A stretch of DNA of 64,000 bases, taken from contig VGXR01000009.1 of assembly GCA_016873255.1 (NCBI GenBank), positions 610 to 64,609 on the forward strand. The letters are read 5' to 3'. This stretch comes from Planctomycetota bacterium (GTDB taxonomy: Bacteria; Planctomycetota; Phycisphaerae; Phycisphaerales; SM1A02). The notes beneath the pieces are model-generated. The model saw only the letters and a program-made list of their open reading frames with translations. It ran no database searches and was not told where the DNA came from. Below, in pieces: positions 38,006 through 47,833 of the stretch (positions are counted from its first letter, which is position 1; each line of letters starts with the position of its first letter). The translations under genes and the position numbers were made by a program.

Positions 38006-38716
38006 TCAGCCGTGGCGCGTCTCGGCGCCCGCGGCCAACTGGGCAGGGAGTCGAAGGGTACGCACTTCCTCGACGGTGTCAAGGCGCTCGGCGGCGCTGG
38101 CAGCGCGTCCGAGTTCCAGTTCCAGGCTGCCGATCAGGCGCTCCGCCAGCCAGTAGCGCAGCGGCCGCGTGGCCGGGAAGGCACGGAGGTCGGGAACCCG
38201 GGCGCCCTTGGGGCGGCGAGGGGCCGCGTTCCGGCCGCGGCGCGCCGAGCGCGGTCCGAGGGTCGATTCGCGCAGGTCGAGCCAGAAGCGCCGGGCGAAC
38301 GCGATGCCGTCGTCGCCTCGCAGGCGGCCGATGCAGGCGCGGTCGAAGCCCGGCCCGAGCGCGGTGACGAGGTCGGCCCATGCCTGGGCAACCCCGAGGC
38401 AGAGCGCTGTCGCGTGCACGGCGCAGCGGATGTTCTCGATGGCGCGGTCGGGGCGCGGCGAGCGCGCAAGCCCCGCGCGCTCGAGGTGATCGACGACGTC
38501 GCCGACGCCGATGCCGTACCGCACCGCAAGCTCACCGGCCTCCGCGAAGTACGCGGCGCGGATCGCGGCGGCCACTGCATCATCGAGCGCCGGCGCGCCA
38601 TCCGGATCGCACGCGAGGCACGCGGTGCTCTCGATTGTCTCCCACAACGTTCCTTGCGCTTCGTCCATGGCCATTCGGGCTTCGCCTCCTGCGATTCCGT
38701 TCGCGGCTGCGTGCAC
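38006..38716 (-). CDS. hypothetical protein
   Basis: 236-aa ORF. A start at the internal MAMDEAQ is possible. No recognisable domain. Confidence 0.45.
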   Translation of the reverse strand: MHAAANGIAGGEARMAMDEAQGTLWETIESTACLACDPDGAPALDDAVAAAIRAAYFAEAGELAVRYGIGVGDVVDHLERAGLARSPRPDRAIENIRCAVHATALCLGVAQAWADLVTALGPGFDRACIGRLRGDDGIAFARRFWLDLRESTLGPRSARRGRNAAPRRPKGARVPDLRAFPATRPLRYWLAERLIGSLELELGRAASAAERLDTVEEVRTLRLPAQLAAGAETRHG

Positions 38717-38807
38717 TGAGCAGCCGCCGCATGCATCCGATGCGTGGCGCGGAGTGTAGGGCTCGCCGTGGAGGCGTCAATCGCGGCGCGGGTTTTCCAT
38801 GGCGATT

Positions 38808-39611
38808 TCAGTCAATGCGGACGTTGCCGAGGAGCGACCTCCGAAGGTCGCGCAGGGCCGGGAACTTGTCGCGCCAGCGGAGGAACTCGCCGCGGTCGAG
38901 CGATGCAACGAGCACGTTCTCGGCATCGCCCGCTTCCGCGATCACCTCGCCGCTCGGAGCGACCACGAACGAGTCGCCCGCATGGTCCGAGTTTGGATCG
39001 CGTCCGATACGGTTGCACGCGACCACGTATGCCTGGTTCTCGATGGCGCGCGCGATGGCGAGCGCGCGACGGTGCGCGGCACGCGGCGCCGGCCAGCATG
39101 CGCCGACGGTGAACACCTCCGCTCCCGCAAGTGCCGCGAGGCGAAAGAGTTCGGGAAAGCGGAGGTCGTAGCAGATGGCCGGCGCGATGCGCCACGTGCC
39201 GTCGTCGGCGGCCACGTCGACGAGCGTCAGCCCGTCGCCGGGCACGTAGTGGCGGTCCTCCCGTCCGAGGGAGAAGAGGTGCACCTTGCGATAGGTGGCT
39301 CGGGTCGAACCATCGGGAGCCACGATGGTTGCGGCGTTGCGCTTGCCTGCAGCCACTGGCTCGGCATGGCCCACCTGGAGCCAGACCCCGTGCCGGCGGG
39401 CGCGCGCGGCCGCGCTCGTCACGGGCTCCGGCCCGGAGGCCGGCGGGTCGTCCATGGTGAAGCCGGTGTCGGCGAGTTCGGGGGTGAGGACAAACGCCCC
39501 GCGCGGCAGGTTCGCGGACCCAAGGAGCCGGTCGATGGTCCGCCAGTTCGCTGCGCGATCCATCCACGCCACGTCGTACTGGAGTGCCGCCACCTGCATG
39601 CGGGGCACCAT
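38808..39611 (-). CDS. carbon-nitrogen hydrolase family protein (nitrilase superfamily, omega-amidase-like)
   Basis: 267-aa ORF. TPELADTGF (Glu), YRKVHLF (Lys) and ICYDLRFPE (Cys), the catalytic triad blocks. Confidence 0.85.
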   Translation of the reverse strand: MVPRMQVAALQYDVAWMDRAANWRTIDRLLGSANLPRGAFVLTPELADTGFTMDDPPASGPEPVTSAAARARRHGVWLQVGHAEPVAAGKRNAATIVAPDGSTRATYRKVHLFSLGREDRHYVPGDGLTLVDVAADDGTWRIAPAICYDLRFPELFRLAALAGAEVFTVGACWPAPRAAHRRALAIARAIENQAYVVACNRIGRDPNSDHAGDSFVVAPSGEVIAEAGDAENVLVASLDRGEFLRWRDKFPALRDLRRSLLGNVRID

Positions 39612-39624
39612 AGCGCCAAACGAA

Positions 39625-39651
39625 CCGCCCCCGCCGAAGTGGCGGGGGCGG
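39625..39651 (-). terminator. perfect 11-bp GC hairpin 3' of tRNA-His
   Basis: CCGCCCCCGCC-GAAGT-GGCGGGGGCGG read directly, 8 nt from the tRNA 3' end. Confidence 0.65.
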
Positions 39652-39659
39652 ACGGGACG

Positions 39660-39733
39660 GGCGACCGACGGGATTTGAACCCGCGACCCTCAGGACCACA
39701 ACCCGATGCTCTGCCAACTGAGCTACGGTCGCC
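39660..39733 (-). tRNA. tRNA-His (GTG) with genome-encoded G-1
   Basis: Reverse complement: G-GCGACCGTAGCTCAGTTGGCAGAGCATCGGGTTGTGGTCCTGAGGGTCGCGGGTTCAAATCCCGTCGGTCGCC-C. G-1 pairs with C73. Anticodon loop TTGTGGT. Confidence 0.95.
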
Positions 39734-39863
39734 GTGCGAAGGCGGGGAATGGTATCGGGAGGCCCCAAAGCGGTCAATCCAAGCGGGGAAAGGGCGGGCG
39801 GCAGGAGGCGGGGTGCGGGTATCCTGATTTGCTTTACTCCGCCTTTTCGGAGACGCCACAGCC

Positions 39864-41453
39864 ATGACCACCGCAGCCCCCGTCGCCCGTCCGAAGATCG
39901 ACTTCGGCTCCGCCACCGTCCACGCCAACCTGGCCGCCGCCCGGCTGGTGGAACTGGCGATCGCACGCGGCGAGGGCATGCTCGCGGCCAACGGCGCCCT
40001 GAACTGCGACACCGGTGCGCGCACGGGCCGCAGCCCGGAGGACAAGTACCTCGAGGACACCCCGAGGATCCATCCGAACATCGCCTGGGGCAAGGTCAAC
40101 CAGCCCATTTCCCCCGCGCACTTCGACGCCATCCTCGCCAAGGTGATGGACCACATGCGCGCCCGGAAGGACGTGTTCCGCTTCGACGGATACGCCGGCG
40201 CCGACACCAAGTACCGCCTGAAGGTCTCGGTCTTCACCGAGGAGGCCTGGCACAGCCTGTTCGCCAAGACGCTCTTCATCAACGCCGAGCCCAACGAGCT
40301 GCCCAACTGGTCCAACGACTGGACCATCATCGATGCCTCGCGGCTCGAGCTCGAGGACCCCGCCAGGTACGGCGTCCGGAGCAAGCTCTGCATCGTGCAG
40401 AGCCTCGAGCGCAAGACCGTGCTCATCGTGGGCACGCGCTACGCGGGCGAGATCAAGAAGTCGATCTTCTACGCCATGAACTACGACCTCCCCGAGGTCG
40501 GCGTGTTCCCGATGCACTGCTCGGCGAACGTGGCGAAGGACGATCCGTCGAACGTGGCGGTCTTCTTCGGCCTCTCCGGCACGGGCAAGACCACCCTCAG
40601 CGCCGACCCGAAGCGCCGCCTCATCGGCGACGACGAGCACGGCTGGTCGGACCGCGGCGTGTTCAACTTCGAGGGCGGCTGCTACGCCAAGTGCATCAAC
40701 CTGAGCCAGGAGGGCGAGCCGCAGATCTGGAACGCCATCCGCTTCGGCAGCGTGATCGAGAACGTGGTGGTCGACCCCGTGGCCCGCGTGCCGAACTACG
40801 ACAGCGCGACGCGCACCGAGAACACGCGCGTCACGTACCCGCTCGACTTCGTGCCGGATGCGGTGCTGCCGTCGGTGGGCGCTCACCCGAAGAACGTGAT
40901 CTTCCTGTCGGCCGACGCCTTCGGCGTGCTGCCGCCCGTGGCCAAGCTCTCGCCCGAGCAGGCGCAGTACTACTTCGTCAACGGCTACACCTCGAAGCTC
41001 GCCGGCACCGAGGCGGGCGTCAAGGAGCCCACCCCGAACTTCAGCGCGTGCTTCGGCGGCCCGTTCATGCCGCGCGAGCCGATGGCCTACGCGGCGATGC
41101 TGGCGGACAAGATCAAGCAGCACGGCAGCGCCGTGTGGCTCGTCAACACCGGCTGGACCGGCGGGCCCTACGGCGTCGGCCACCGCTTCAAGCTGAGCTA
41201 CACGCGCGCGATCCTGAGCGCGGTGCTCGACGGCAGCCTCGCGAACGCGAAGTTCGCGGAGCACCCGGTCTTCGGCCTGCACATGCCGACGGCGGTGCCG
41301 GGCGTCCCGACCGAGGTGCTCGACCCGCGCAACACCTGGGCCGACAAGGCCGCGTACGACGCGAAGGCCAAGGACCTCGCCGCGCGCTTCCGCGCCAACG
41401 ACGCCAAGTACACGCTGAGCGACGCCGTCCGCAAGGCCGGCCCGCGCGCCTGA
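39864..41453 (+). CDS. pckA: phosphoenolpyruvate carboxykinase (ATP)
   Basis: 529-aa ORF. GRSPEDKY, GTRYAGEIKKS, FFGLSGTGKTTLS and IGDDEHGW. Confidence 0.95.
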   Translation: MTTAAPVARPKIDFGSATVHANLAAARLVELAIARGEGMLAANGALNCDTGARTGRSPEDKYLEDTPRIHPNIAWGKVNQPISPAHFDAILAKVMDHMRARKDVFRFDGYAGADTKYRLKVSVFTEEAWHSLFAKTLFINAEPNELPNWSNDWTIIDASRLELEDPARYGVRSKLCIVQSLERKTVLIVGTRYAGEIKKSIFYAMNYDLPEVGVFPMHCSANVAKDDPSNVAVFFGLSGTGKTTLSADPKRRLIGDDEHGWSDRGVFNFEGGCYAKCINLSQEGEPQIWNAIRFGSVIENVVVDPVARVPNYDSATRTENTRVTYPLDFVPDAVLPSVGAHPKNVIFLSADAFGVLPPVAKLSPEQAQYYFVNGYTSKLAGTEAGVKEPTPNFSACFGGPFMPREPMAYAAMLADKIKQHGSAVWLVNTGWTGGPYGVGHRFKLSYTRAILSAVLDGSLANAKFAEHPVFGLHMPTAVPGVPTEVLDPRNTWADKAAYDAKAKDLAARFRANDAKYTLSDAVRKAGPRA

Positions 41454-41466
41454 CGCGGCGGAACGC

Positions 41467-42720
41467 ATGGCAGCCACGCAGGCCGTTCCCGAGATCGACG
41501 TGCGCTTCGAGGACATCCTCGCGGCGCGCGAACGGATCGGCGACGGCGTGTTCGTGACGCCGTGCGTTGAGAGCCCGACGCTCTCGGCCCTGACGGGCGC
41601 GGAGATCTTCTGCAAGCTCGAGTACGAGCAGCGCACCGGCAGCTTCAAGGAGCGGGGCGCGTGCAACGCGCTGCTGCAGCTCTCCCCCGACGAGCGCCGC
41701 CGGGGCGTGATCGCCGCGAGCGCGGGAAACCACGCGCTGGCGCTCGCCTACCACGGGAAGCGCCTGGGCATCCCGGTGACGGTGGTGATGCCCGTGCATG
41801 CGCCGCTCGTCAAGCAGCGGCGCTGCCGCGAGCTGGGCGCGCGCGTCGTCAACCACGGCGACAACATCGCCGAGGCGAGGCAGCGCGCCGACGAGCTGGT
41901 GGCCTCCGAGCGGCTTGTCTACATCAACGGCTTCAACGACGCGGCGATCGTCGCCGGCGCCGGCACGGTGGGCCTGGAGATCCTCGAGCAGGTCCCCGGC
42001 GTCGAGGCGATCGTGGTGCCCGTGGGCGGCGGCGGCCTGGTCGCGGGGCTCGCGCTCGCGGTGAAGGAGCGCCGGCCCGGGGTGCGCATCGTCGGCGTCG
42101 AGCCGGCGCGCTGCGCGAGCTACGGCGCCGCGCTCGCCGCGGGCCACCCGGTGCCGGTGACCGCGAAGTCCACGCTCGCGGACGGCCTGGCGGTGCCGGA
42201 GGTCGGCGCGCGCAGCTTCGCGATCGCGCGCACCCGCGTCGACGAGGTGGTGACGGTCGAGGAGGACGCGATCGCGCTCTCCATCCTGCGGCTCGCGGAG
42301 CTCGAGAAGGGCGTGGTCGAGGGCGCGGGCGCCGCGCCGCTGGCGGCGATCCTCGCGGGCAGGCTGCCCTCGCTCCGCGGCAAGCGCGTGGTGCTGGTGC
42401 TGTGCGGCGGCAACATCGATCCGCTCGTCTTCAGCCGCGTGATCGAGCACGGCCTGGCCGTGGACGGTCGCCTGGTGAAGTTCGACGCGGTCATCAGCGA
42501 CCGGCCGGGCGGGCTTGCCGACCTCGCGGGCACCATCGCCCGCTGCGGCGCGAGCGTCCAGGAGATCAACCACGAGCGGACCTTCGGCGGCGCGGATGTC
42601 TCCATCGTGCGCGTCGAGTGCATCGTGGAGGTGCGCGACCGGGCGCATGCGGAGGAGCTCTTCGAGGCCCTCCTCTCCCGCGGCATCCGCGTGGTTTCCA
42701 GGGCGGAACCCTCGGTCTAG
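41467..42720 (+). CDS. ilvA: threonine ammonia-lyase (threonine dehydratase) with C-terminal ACT-like domain
   Basis: 417-aa ORF. PLP-lysine motif EYEQRTGSFKERGA, SAGNHA and GGGGL loop. Confidence 0.85.
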   Translation: MAATQAVPEIDVRFEDILAARERIGDGVFVTPCVESPTLSALTGAEIFCKLEYEQRTGSFKERGACNALLQLSPDERRRGVIAASAGNHALALAYHGKRLGIPVTVVMPVHAPLVKQRRCRELGARVVNHGDNIAEARQRADELVASERLVYINGFNDAAIVAGAGTVGLEILEQVPGVEAIVVPVGGGGLVAGLALAVKERRPGVRIVGVEPARCASYGAALAAGHPVPVTAKSTLADGLAVPEVGARSFAIARTRVDEVVTVEEDAIALSILRLAELEKGVVEGAGAAPLAAILAGRLPSLRGKRVVLVLCGGNIDPLVFSRVIEHGLAVDGRLVKFDAVISDRPGGLADLAGTIARCGASVQEINHERTFGGADVSIVRVECIVEVRDRAHAEELFEALLSRGIRVVSRAEPSV

Positions 42721-42836
42721 CCACGGCTTCCGCGCAAGGCGGGCCGGCGCGGCGCCCTTCGTGGCGGATTTTCGGGTCGTTCGCTTCAGTCGGTCCCTGC
42801 GGGGGCCGATGGGCTCCGTGGCCGGTCTCAGCGGCC

Positions 42837-43451
42837 ATGGAGGAGAAGGCAGTGGCACAGAACCCATTCGGCATCGAGAAGGAAGCGCTCACCACCGGCG
42901 AGGTGGCCCGCATCTGCAACGTGGCGGCGCGCACCGTCAGCAAGTGGATCGATGCCGGCAGGCTCGAGGGCTACCGCATCCCCGGCTCGCGCGACCGGCG
43001 CGTGCACTTCACCGCGCTCGAGGCGTTCATCGCCGCGCACGACATCCCCGTGAGCCGCGGTGCGTTGACCACCTCGGCATCGGTCCGCGTGCTGCTGGTG
43101 GACCGCGACCGCGCCGCGACCGAGTCGGTCCACGAGGTGCTCGCGGGCCTCGGCGGCCTCACGGTCGAGGATGCCTCCGACGCGCTGTCGGCCGCGATCG
43201 CGTGCGGTGCCTGTGCGCCGGATGCGGTCATCTTCGACTGCTCGGCCGGCGATCCGGTGGCGTTCGTCACTGCGCTGCGCACCAACCCGAACTTCGCCGC
43301 GACGACCTTCATCTGCACCGGGCCCGTGCGCGCCGACGCAGGGGCCCAGTTCGTGCGGGCGGGGTTCGTGGCCTACGTGAACAAGCCCTTCAGCGTCCGC
43401 ACGCTGCTCGAGTGCCTGCCTGCGCGCGCCGATTCGCGGCGCGCGGGCTGA
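42837..43451 (+). CDS. response regulator with N-terminal excisionase/MerR-type HTH domain
   Basis: In frame with ORF 41661..43451, ATG at 42837. LTTGEVARICNVAARTVSKWIDAGRLEGYRIPGSRDRR (HTH_17-like). A REC-like domain follows (LLVDRD, VIFDCS, TFICTG, VNKPF). Confidence 0.65.
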   Translation: MEEKAVAQNPFGIEKEALTTGEVARICNVAARTVSKWIDAGRLEGYRIPGSRDRRVHFTALEAFIAAHDIPVSRGALTTSASVRVLLVDRDRAATESVHEVLAGLGGLTVEDASDALSAAIACGACAPDAVIFDCSAGDPVAFVTALRTNPNFAATTFICTGPVRADAGAQFVRAGFVAYVNKPFSVRTLLECLPARADSRRAG

Positions 43452-43520
43452 TCGCCCGGGACGGCACGCATCGCCCTGCGCCGGCGGGGCAGTGCGCGCG
43501 CTGCCTAGACTGCGTAGCCC

Positions 43521-45206
43521 ATGCGGATCGCGCTTGCACGCTTCGATGCGATGGTCGGCGACATCGCGGGCAATGCCCGCGGCATCGCCGATGTCGCCGT
43601 TGCCGAGGCCGTGGCCGGCGCGGACTGCGTGGTCCTTCCCGAATTTGCGCTCTGCGGGTATCCGCCGCGCGACCTGCTGCAGCGCGCCGGGTTCGTTGCC
43701 GCGTGCGAGCGTGCGCTCGAGGCGATGGCCGCGGACCTCGCCGCGCGCGGGGCGGGTGCGGCCGCGGTGCTCGTGGGTGCGCCGCATCATGCGCCCGCTG
43801 GGTCCTGTGCCGCGTTCTCGAACGCGGTGGCCCTCCTCCGCGGGGGGCGGGTCGAGGGCCGCTACCTGAAGCGCCTGCTCCCGGATTACGACGTCTTCGA
43901 CGAGCCGCGCCACTTCGCGCCGGGCAGCGCGCCGTTCGTGTTCGCGTGCGCCGGCGCTCGCGTGGGGGTCCTGGTCTGCGAGGATCTCTGGCGTGCCGAG
44001 GATGCGGCGTCGGGCGGTCACGCGTACTCGGGCATCGACCCCGCGGCCGAGTCGGTCCGCGCAGGTGCCGCGGTGCTCGTGTGCCCGTCGGCAAGCCCGT
44101 TCGCGGCCGGCAAGCACGTGCGCCACGGCGAGATCCTGCGCGCGGCCGCGCGCCGCGTGGGCGTGCCCGTGTGCTCGATCAATGCCTCCGGTGCGGACGA
44201 CGACCTGGTGTTCGACGGCGATGCGCGCGTGGCGCTGCCGGATGGCCGCGTTGCCGAGGGCGGTCGGTGGGCCTCGGGTGCCTTCGTCTTCGAGCTGCCG
44301 GGGACCGCGGGCGGCGAGCCCGTGCGCGTTGACCCGATGGAGGAGCGCTGGGATGCCATCGTCAGCGGCATCCGCGGGTACTTCCGCAAGACGGGGCATG
44401 GGCGCGCCGTGCTGGGCCTCTCGGGCGGCATCGACAGCGCGCTGGTGGGGGCGTTGGCCGCGGCCGCGATCGGCGGCGACAACGTCACGGGCCTCCTGAT
44501 GCCGAGCCGGCACTCGAGCCCGGGGTCGATCGACGACGCGAACGAGCTTGCCCGGCGCACCGGGATCCGTGCTGCGGAGGTGCCCGTGGGGCCTGCGCAC
44601 GATGCGCTCGCCGCGCACCTGGCCCCGCGCCTTGCGGCGGCGGGCAGCGCGCTCGCGGGGCTGGCCGACGAGAACCTGCAGTCGCGGCTTCGCGGCCTGC
44701 AGGTGATGGCGTGGTCGAACGCCACGGGCGCGCTGGCGCTGACCACCGGCAACAAGAGCGAGTACGCCGTGGGATACGCCACGCTCTACGGCGACATGTG
44801 CGGCGCGCTTGCGCCCATCGGCGACCTCCTGAAGACCGACGTCTGGGCGCTCTCGCGCTGGGTGAACGCCAACCACCGCCGGTGCGGGTTCGGCGTGCCG
44901 CCGATTCCCGAGGCAAGCATCGAGAAGGTGCCGAGCGCGGAGCTCCGCCCCGACCAGACCGACCAGGACACGCTGCCTCCGTACGCGGACCTCGACGCGA
45001 TCGTCCGCGGGTGGGTGGAGGAGGAACGCACGGCCGAGGACATCGCGCGGAGTTCCGGGCTGGAGCTTGCCGTGGTGTCCCGGTGGACGCGCGCGATCGA
45101 CGTGGCGGAGTTCAAGCGCCGCCAGGCGCCGGTGATCCTGCGGCTCTCCTCACGCGCGTTCGGGCCCGGGCGCAGGATGCCCGTGGTGGCCCGCGACGGG
45201 CGCTGA
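43521..45206 (+). CDS. nadE: glutamine-dependent NAD+ synthetase
   Basis: 561-aa ORF. N-terminal CN-hydrolase domain (LPEFALCGY, VCEDLW) and C-terminal synthetase domain (LGLSGGIDSALV, TTGNKSEYAVGYATLYGD). Confidence 0.9.
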   Translation: MRIALARFDAMVGDIAGNARGIADVAVAEAVAGADCVVLPEFALCGYPPRDLLQRAGFVAACERALEAMAADLAARGAGAAAVLVGAPHHAPAGSCAAFSNAVALLRGGRVEGRYLKRLLPDYDVFDEPRHFAPGSAPFVFACAGARVGVLVCEDLWRAEDAASGGHAYSGIDPAAESVRAGAAVLVCPSASPFAAGKHVRHGEILRAAARRVGVPVCSINASGADDDLVFDGDARVALPDGRVAEGGRWASGAFVFELPGTAGGEPVRVDPMEERWDAIVSGIRGYFRKTGHGRAVLGLSGGIDSALVGALAAAAIGGDNVTGLLMPSRHSSPGSIDDANELARRTGIRAAEVPVGPAHDALAAHLAPRLAAAGSALAGLADENLQSRLRGLQVMAWSNATGALALTTGNKSEYAVGYATLYGDMCGALAPIGDLLKTDVWALSRWVNANHRRCGFGVPPIPEASIEKVPSAELRPDQTDQDTLPPYADLDAIVRGWVEEERTAEDIARSSGLELAVVSRWTRAIDVAEFKRRQAPVILRLSSRAFGPGRRMPVVARDGR

Positions 45207-45209
45207 CGC

Positions 45210-45980
45210 TCATCGCGTCCGGAACGCCGACGGGACTTCCATGCCGGGCATCGGGAGCCCGCGCGCCTCGACCGAGAGCAGGCGGTCGGCCTCGATGCAG
45301 TAGCCGGTGAGCCGTCCGCCGTAGGCGCAGCCGGTGTCGATGTTCACCGCGTAGGCGCGGCCGTCGGCGTTGCGCAGCACCACCGGCTCCTTCACCGGCC
45401 GATGGCCGACGATGATGAGCCCGTCGCGACCGTCGTAGCGGTCCCACCAGTTCGGCTCGCCCTCGAAGGCCTTGACGTGGATCTTGAGGGAATCGGGCGT
45501 GCGCTCGAGGCCGAGGTCCGGGTCGATGCCGCCGTGGACGACCGTCCATCCCTCGCGCGCGTTGCGCACCTCGACGCGGTCGCACGCCTCGGTGAGGAGC
45601 CACGTGGCCTCTCGCAGCAGTCCCGCGCGCTGCAGCAGCTCGATCGCCACGCGCTCGGTGCGCGGCAGCAGGTCGACGCTCGCACCGGACTGCAGGCGCA
45701 CGATCGCGCCGAGGAGCTGGAGGTCGTGGTTGCCGCACACGAGTTCCGCTCGGTGGCCCGCCGCGCGACGGTCGAGGATGGCCCGGACCACGCGCCCGGG
45801 CTCGGGGCCCTTCGTGAAGAGGTCTCCGACGAGCACCACGCGCGCACCGGGGAAGTCGGCGTCGATCGCCGCGAACAGGCGCTCGAGCTCGGCGCCGCAG
45901 CCGTGGACGTCGCCCACCGCCACCGTGTGGCGGCCTGCGGGCGGCGGCGCGGGGCCGGGCGGTGCGGCGGGCGTGTCCAT
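45210..45980 (-). CDS. metallophosphoesterase (ApaH/PrpE-like)
   Basis: 256-aa ORF. VGDVHGC, LVGDLFTKGP, GNHD and VVHGG motifs. Confidence 0.8.
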   Translation of the reverse strand: MDTPAAPPGPAPPPAGRHTVAVGDVHGCGAELERLFAAIDADFPGARVVLVGDLFTKGPEPGRVVRAILDRRAAGHRAELVCGNHDLQLLGAIVRLQSGASVDLLPRTERVAIELLQRAGLLREATWLLTEACDRVEVRNAREGWTVVHGGIDPDLGLERTPDSLKIHVKAFEGEPNWWDRYDGRDGLIIVGHRPVKEPVVLRNADGRAYAVNIDTGCAYGGRLTGYCIEADRLLSVEARGLPMPGMEVPSAFRTR

Positions 45981-46042
45981 GGCGGGAAGTGTCGCCGCGC
46001 GCGCGTGCCGTGTCCATCGCGGATGCCCCTACAATCGCGTGG

Positions 46043-47830
46043 ATGCCGATCCGGCCCCTCCCGCGCGAGCTCATCGACCAGATCGCCGCCGGCGAGGTGG
46101 TCGAGCGGCCGGCGAGCGTGGTGAAGGAGCTCGTGGAGAACGCCCTCGATGCGGGTGCCCGGCGGATCGAGGTGTCGGTGGAGGGCGGCGGCGTCGACCG
46201 GATCGCCGTGGCCGACGACGGCGGCGGCATCCCGGCCGATGAGCTTCCGCTGGCCGTGGCGAGCCATGCCACGAGCAAGGTGGCCTGCGCCGAGGACCTC
46301 GCGGCGATCGGGACGATGGGCTTCCGCGGGGAGGCGCTCGCGTCGATCGCAAGCGTGTCGCGCCTGTCGATCACGAGCCGCGTCGCGTCCCTCGATGCGG
46401 GCGCGAGGATCGACGTGGAGGGCGGGGTGGCCGGCGAGGTGCGGCCCGCAGGCGGCCCGCCCGGCACCGCGGTCGAGGTGCGCCAGCTCTTCTTCAACGT
46501 GCCGGCGCGGCGGAAGTTCCTGCGCGCGGCGGCGACCGAGCTCGGCCGCATCGAGGAGGTGATCGAGTCGATCGCCCTCTGCCGGCCCGGCGTCGAGTTC
46601 AGGCTGGTGGCCGACGGCCGGCGGCGCGTGGAGCTGCCCGCGACGGATGACCCGCGGCGCCGTGCGCTGGCCGTGCTCGGCGAGTCGATCGAGGGCGAGA
46701 TGCTCGAGGTGTCCGCCGACATCGAGCTCGAGGGCGGCGTCCCGATGTCGCTCTGGGGCCTGGTCGGGCGGCCGTCGGTCGCGCGCGGGTCCGGGCGCGC
46801 GCTGCGATTCTCGCTCAACGGCCGCGCGGTGCTCGACCGGACGCTCGCGCATGCGGTGAAGGAGGCCTTCCGCGGGCTGGTCGACCCGGGCCGCACGCCG
46901 CTTGCCTTCCTGGCGATCGAGATGGATGCGTCGATGGTGGACGTCAACGTCCACCCGGCCAAGACCGAGGTCCGCTTCCGGCAGCCGAACTTCGTGCATC
47001 GGGCGGTGATGCGCGCGGTGCGCGATGCGCTGAGCGCGGCGGACCTTGTGCCGGCGTTCGTGCTGGCGCCGCACGCGCACGCCATGACCGCGGCCCCGGC
47101 GGCGTCTCCGCTCCGGGAGCCGGCCGGCGCGCGCGTTCCCGTGCCCGCGTCCGCCCGCTTCGACGGATTCGCGGCGGCGGCCGTCGCCGCCGCGTTCCGG
47201 CCGCCGGTGATCGAGGCCGCCCCCGTCGCGGAGCCGTCGCTCCATGCCAATCGCACGGCGCGGCGCGTCATGCAGGTGCACGGCAGCTACCTGGTGGTCG
47301 AGGATGCCGACGGCATCCTGGTGGTGGACCAGCACGCGCTCCACGAGCGGGCGATGTTCGAGCAGCTGAAGGACCGCGTCGCGTCGGCGCCGCTCGAGTC
47401 GCAGCGCATGCTGGTGCCGCTCACGGTCGAGGCCGACGCGCGCGCCGCCGAGGCGATCGCGGAGGCCGCGCCGCTCCTGGAGCGGCTGGGCATGGAGCTG
47501 GGTGCCATCGGGCCGCGTGCCGTGGCGGTGCATGCGTTCCCGACGTTCCTCTCCTCGCGCGGCGTGGACCCGGGCCGCTTCGTCCCCGAGCTTCTGGCGC
47601 GCATCGCCGACGAGGGCTGCGCGGACCTCGAGGCGGCGCTGCACCGCACGCTCGACATGATGGCATGCAAGGCCGCGGTGAAGGCGGGCGATCGCCTGGC
47701 GCCCGCGGAGATCGAGGCGCTCCTCGACCTTCGCGAGCGAGTCGAGCGCGGCACGGCGTGCCCGCACGGGCGCCCGACGGCGCTGCGCATCAGCATGCGC
47801 GACCTCGAGCGAAGCTTCGGGAGGGCGTGA
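46043..47830 (+). CDS. mutL: DNA mismatch repair protein MutL
   Basis: In frame with ORF 45962..47830, ATG at 46043. IDQIAAGEVVERPASVVKELVENALDAG, DDGGGI and GFRGEAL. C-terminal ACKAAVKAGD and CPHGRPT. Confidence 0.95.
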   Translation: MPIRPLPRELIDQIAAGEVVERPASVVKELVENALDAGARRIEVSVEGGGVDRIAVADDGGGIPADELPLAVASHATSKVACAEDLAAIGTMGFRGEALASIASVSRLSITSRVASLDAGARIDVEGGVAGEVRPAGGPPGTAVEVRQLFFNVPARRKFLRAAATELGRIEEVIESIALCRPGVEFRLVADGRRRVELPATDDPRRRALAVLGESIEGEMLEVSADIELEGGVPMSLWGLVGRPSVARGSGRALRFSLNGRAVLDRTLAHAVKEAFRGLVDPGRTPLAFLAIEMDASMVDVNVHPAKTEVRFRQPNFVHRAVMRAVRDALSAADLVPAFVLAPHAHAMTAAPAASPLREPAGARVPVPASARFDGFAAAAVAAAFRPPVIEAAPVAEPSLHANRTARRVMQVHGSYLVVEDADGILVVDQHALHERAMFEQLKDRVASAPLESQRMLVPLTVEADARAAEAIAEAAPLLERLGMELGAIGPRAVAVHAFPTFLSSRGVDPGRFVPELLARIADEGCADLEAALHRTLDMMACKAAVKAGDRLAPAEIEALLDLRERVERGTACPHGRPTALRISMRDLERSFGRA

Positions 47831-47833
47831 CCG

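Noticed and set aside
37847-39733. Genomic island or prophage integrated at tRNA-Phe or tRNA-His.
   Set aside because: No integrase, direct repeat of a tRNA 3' end, or phage-like gene was seen nearby. The genes between the tRNAs are one hypothetical gene and a nitrilase-family enzyme with ordinary composition.
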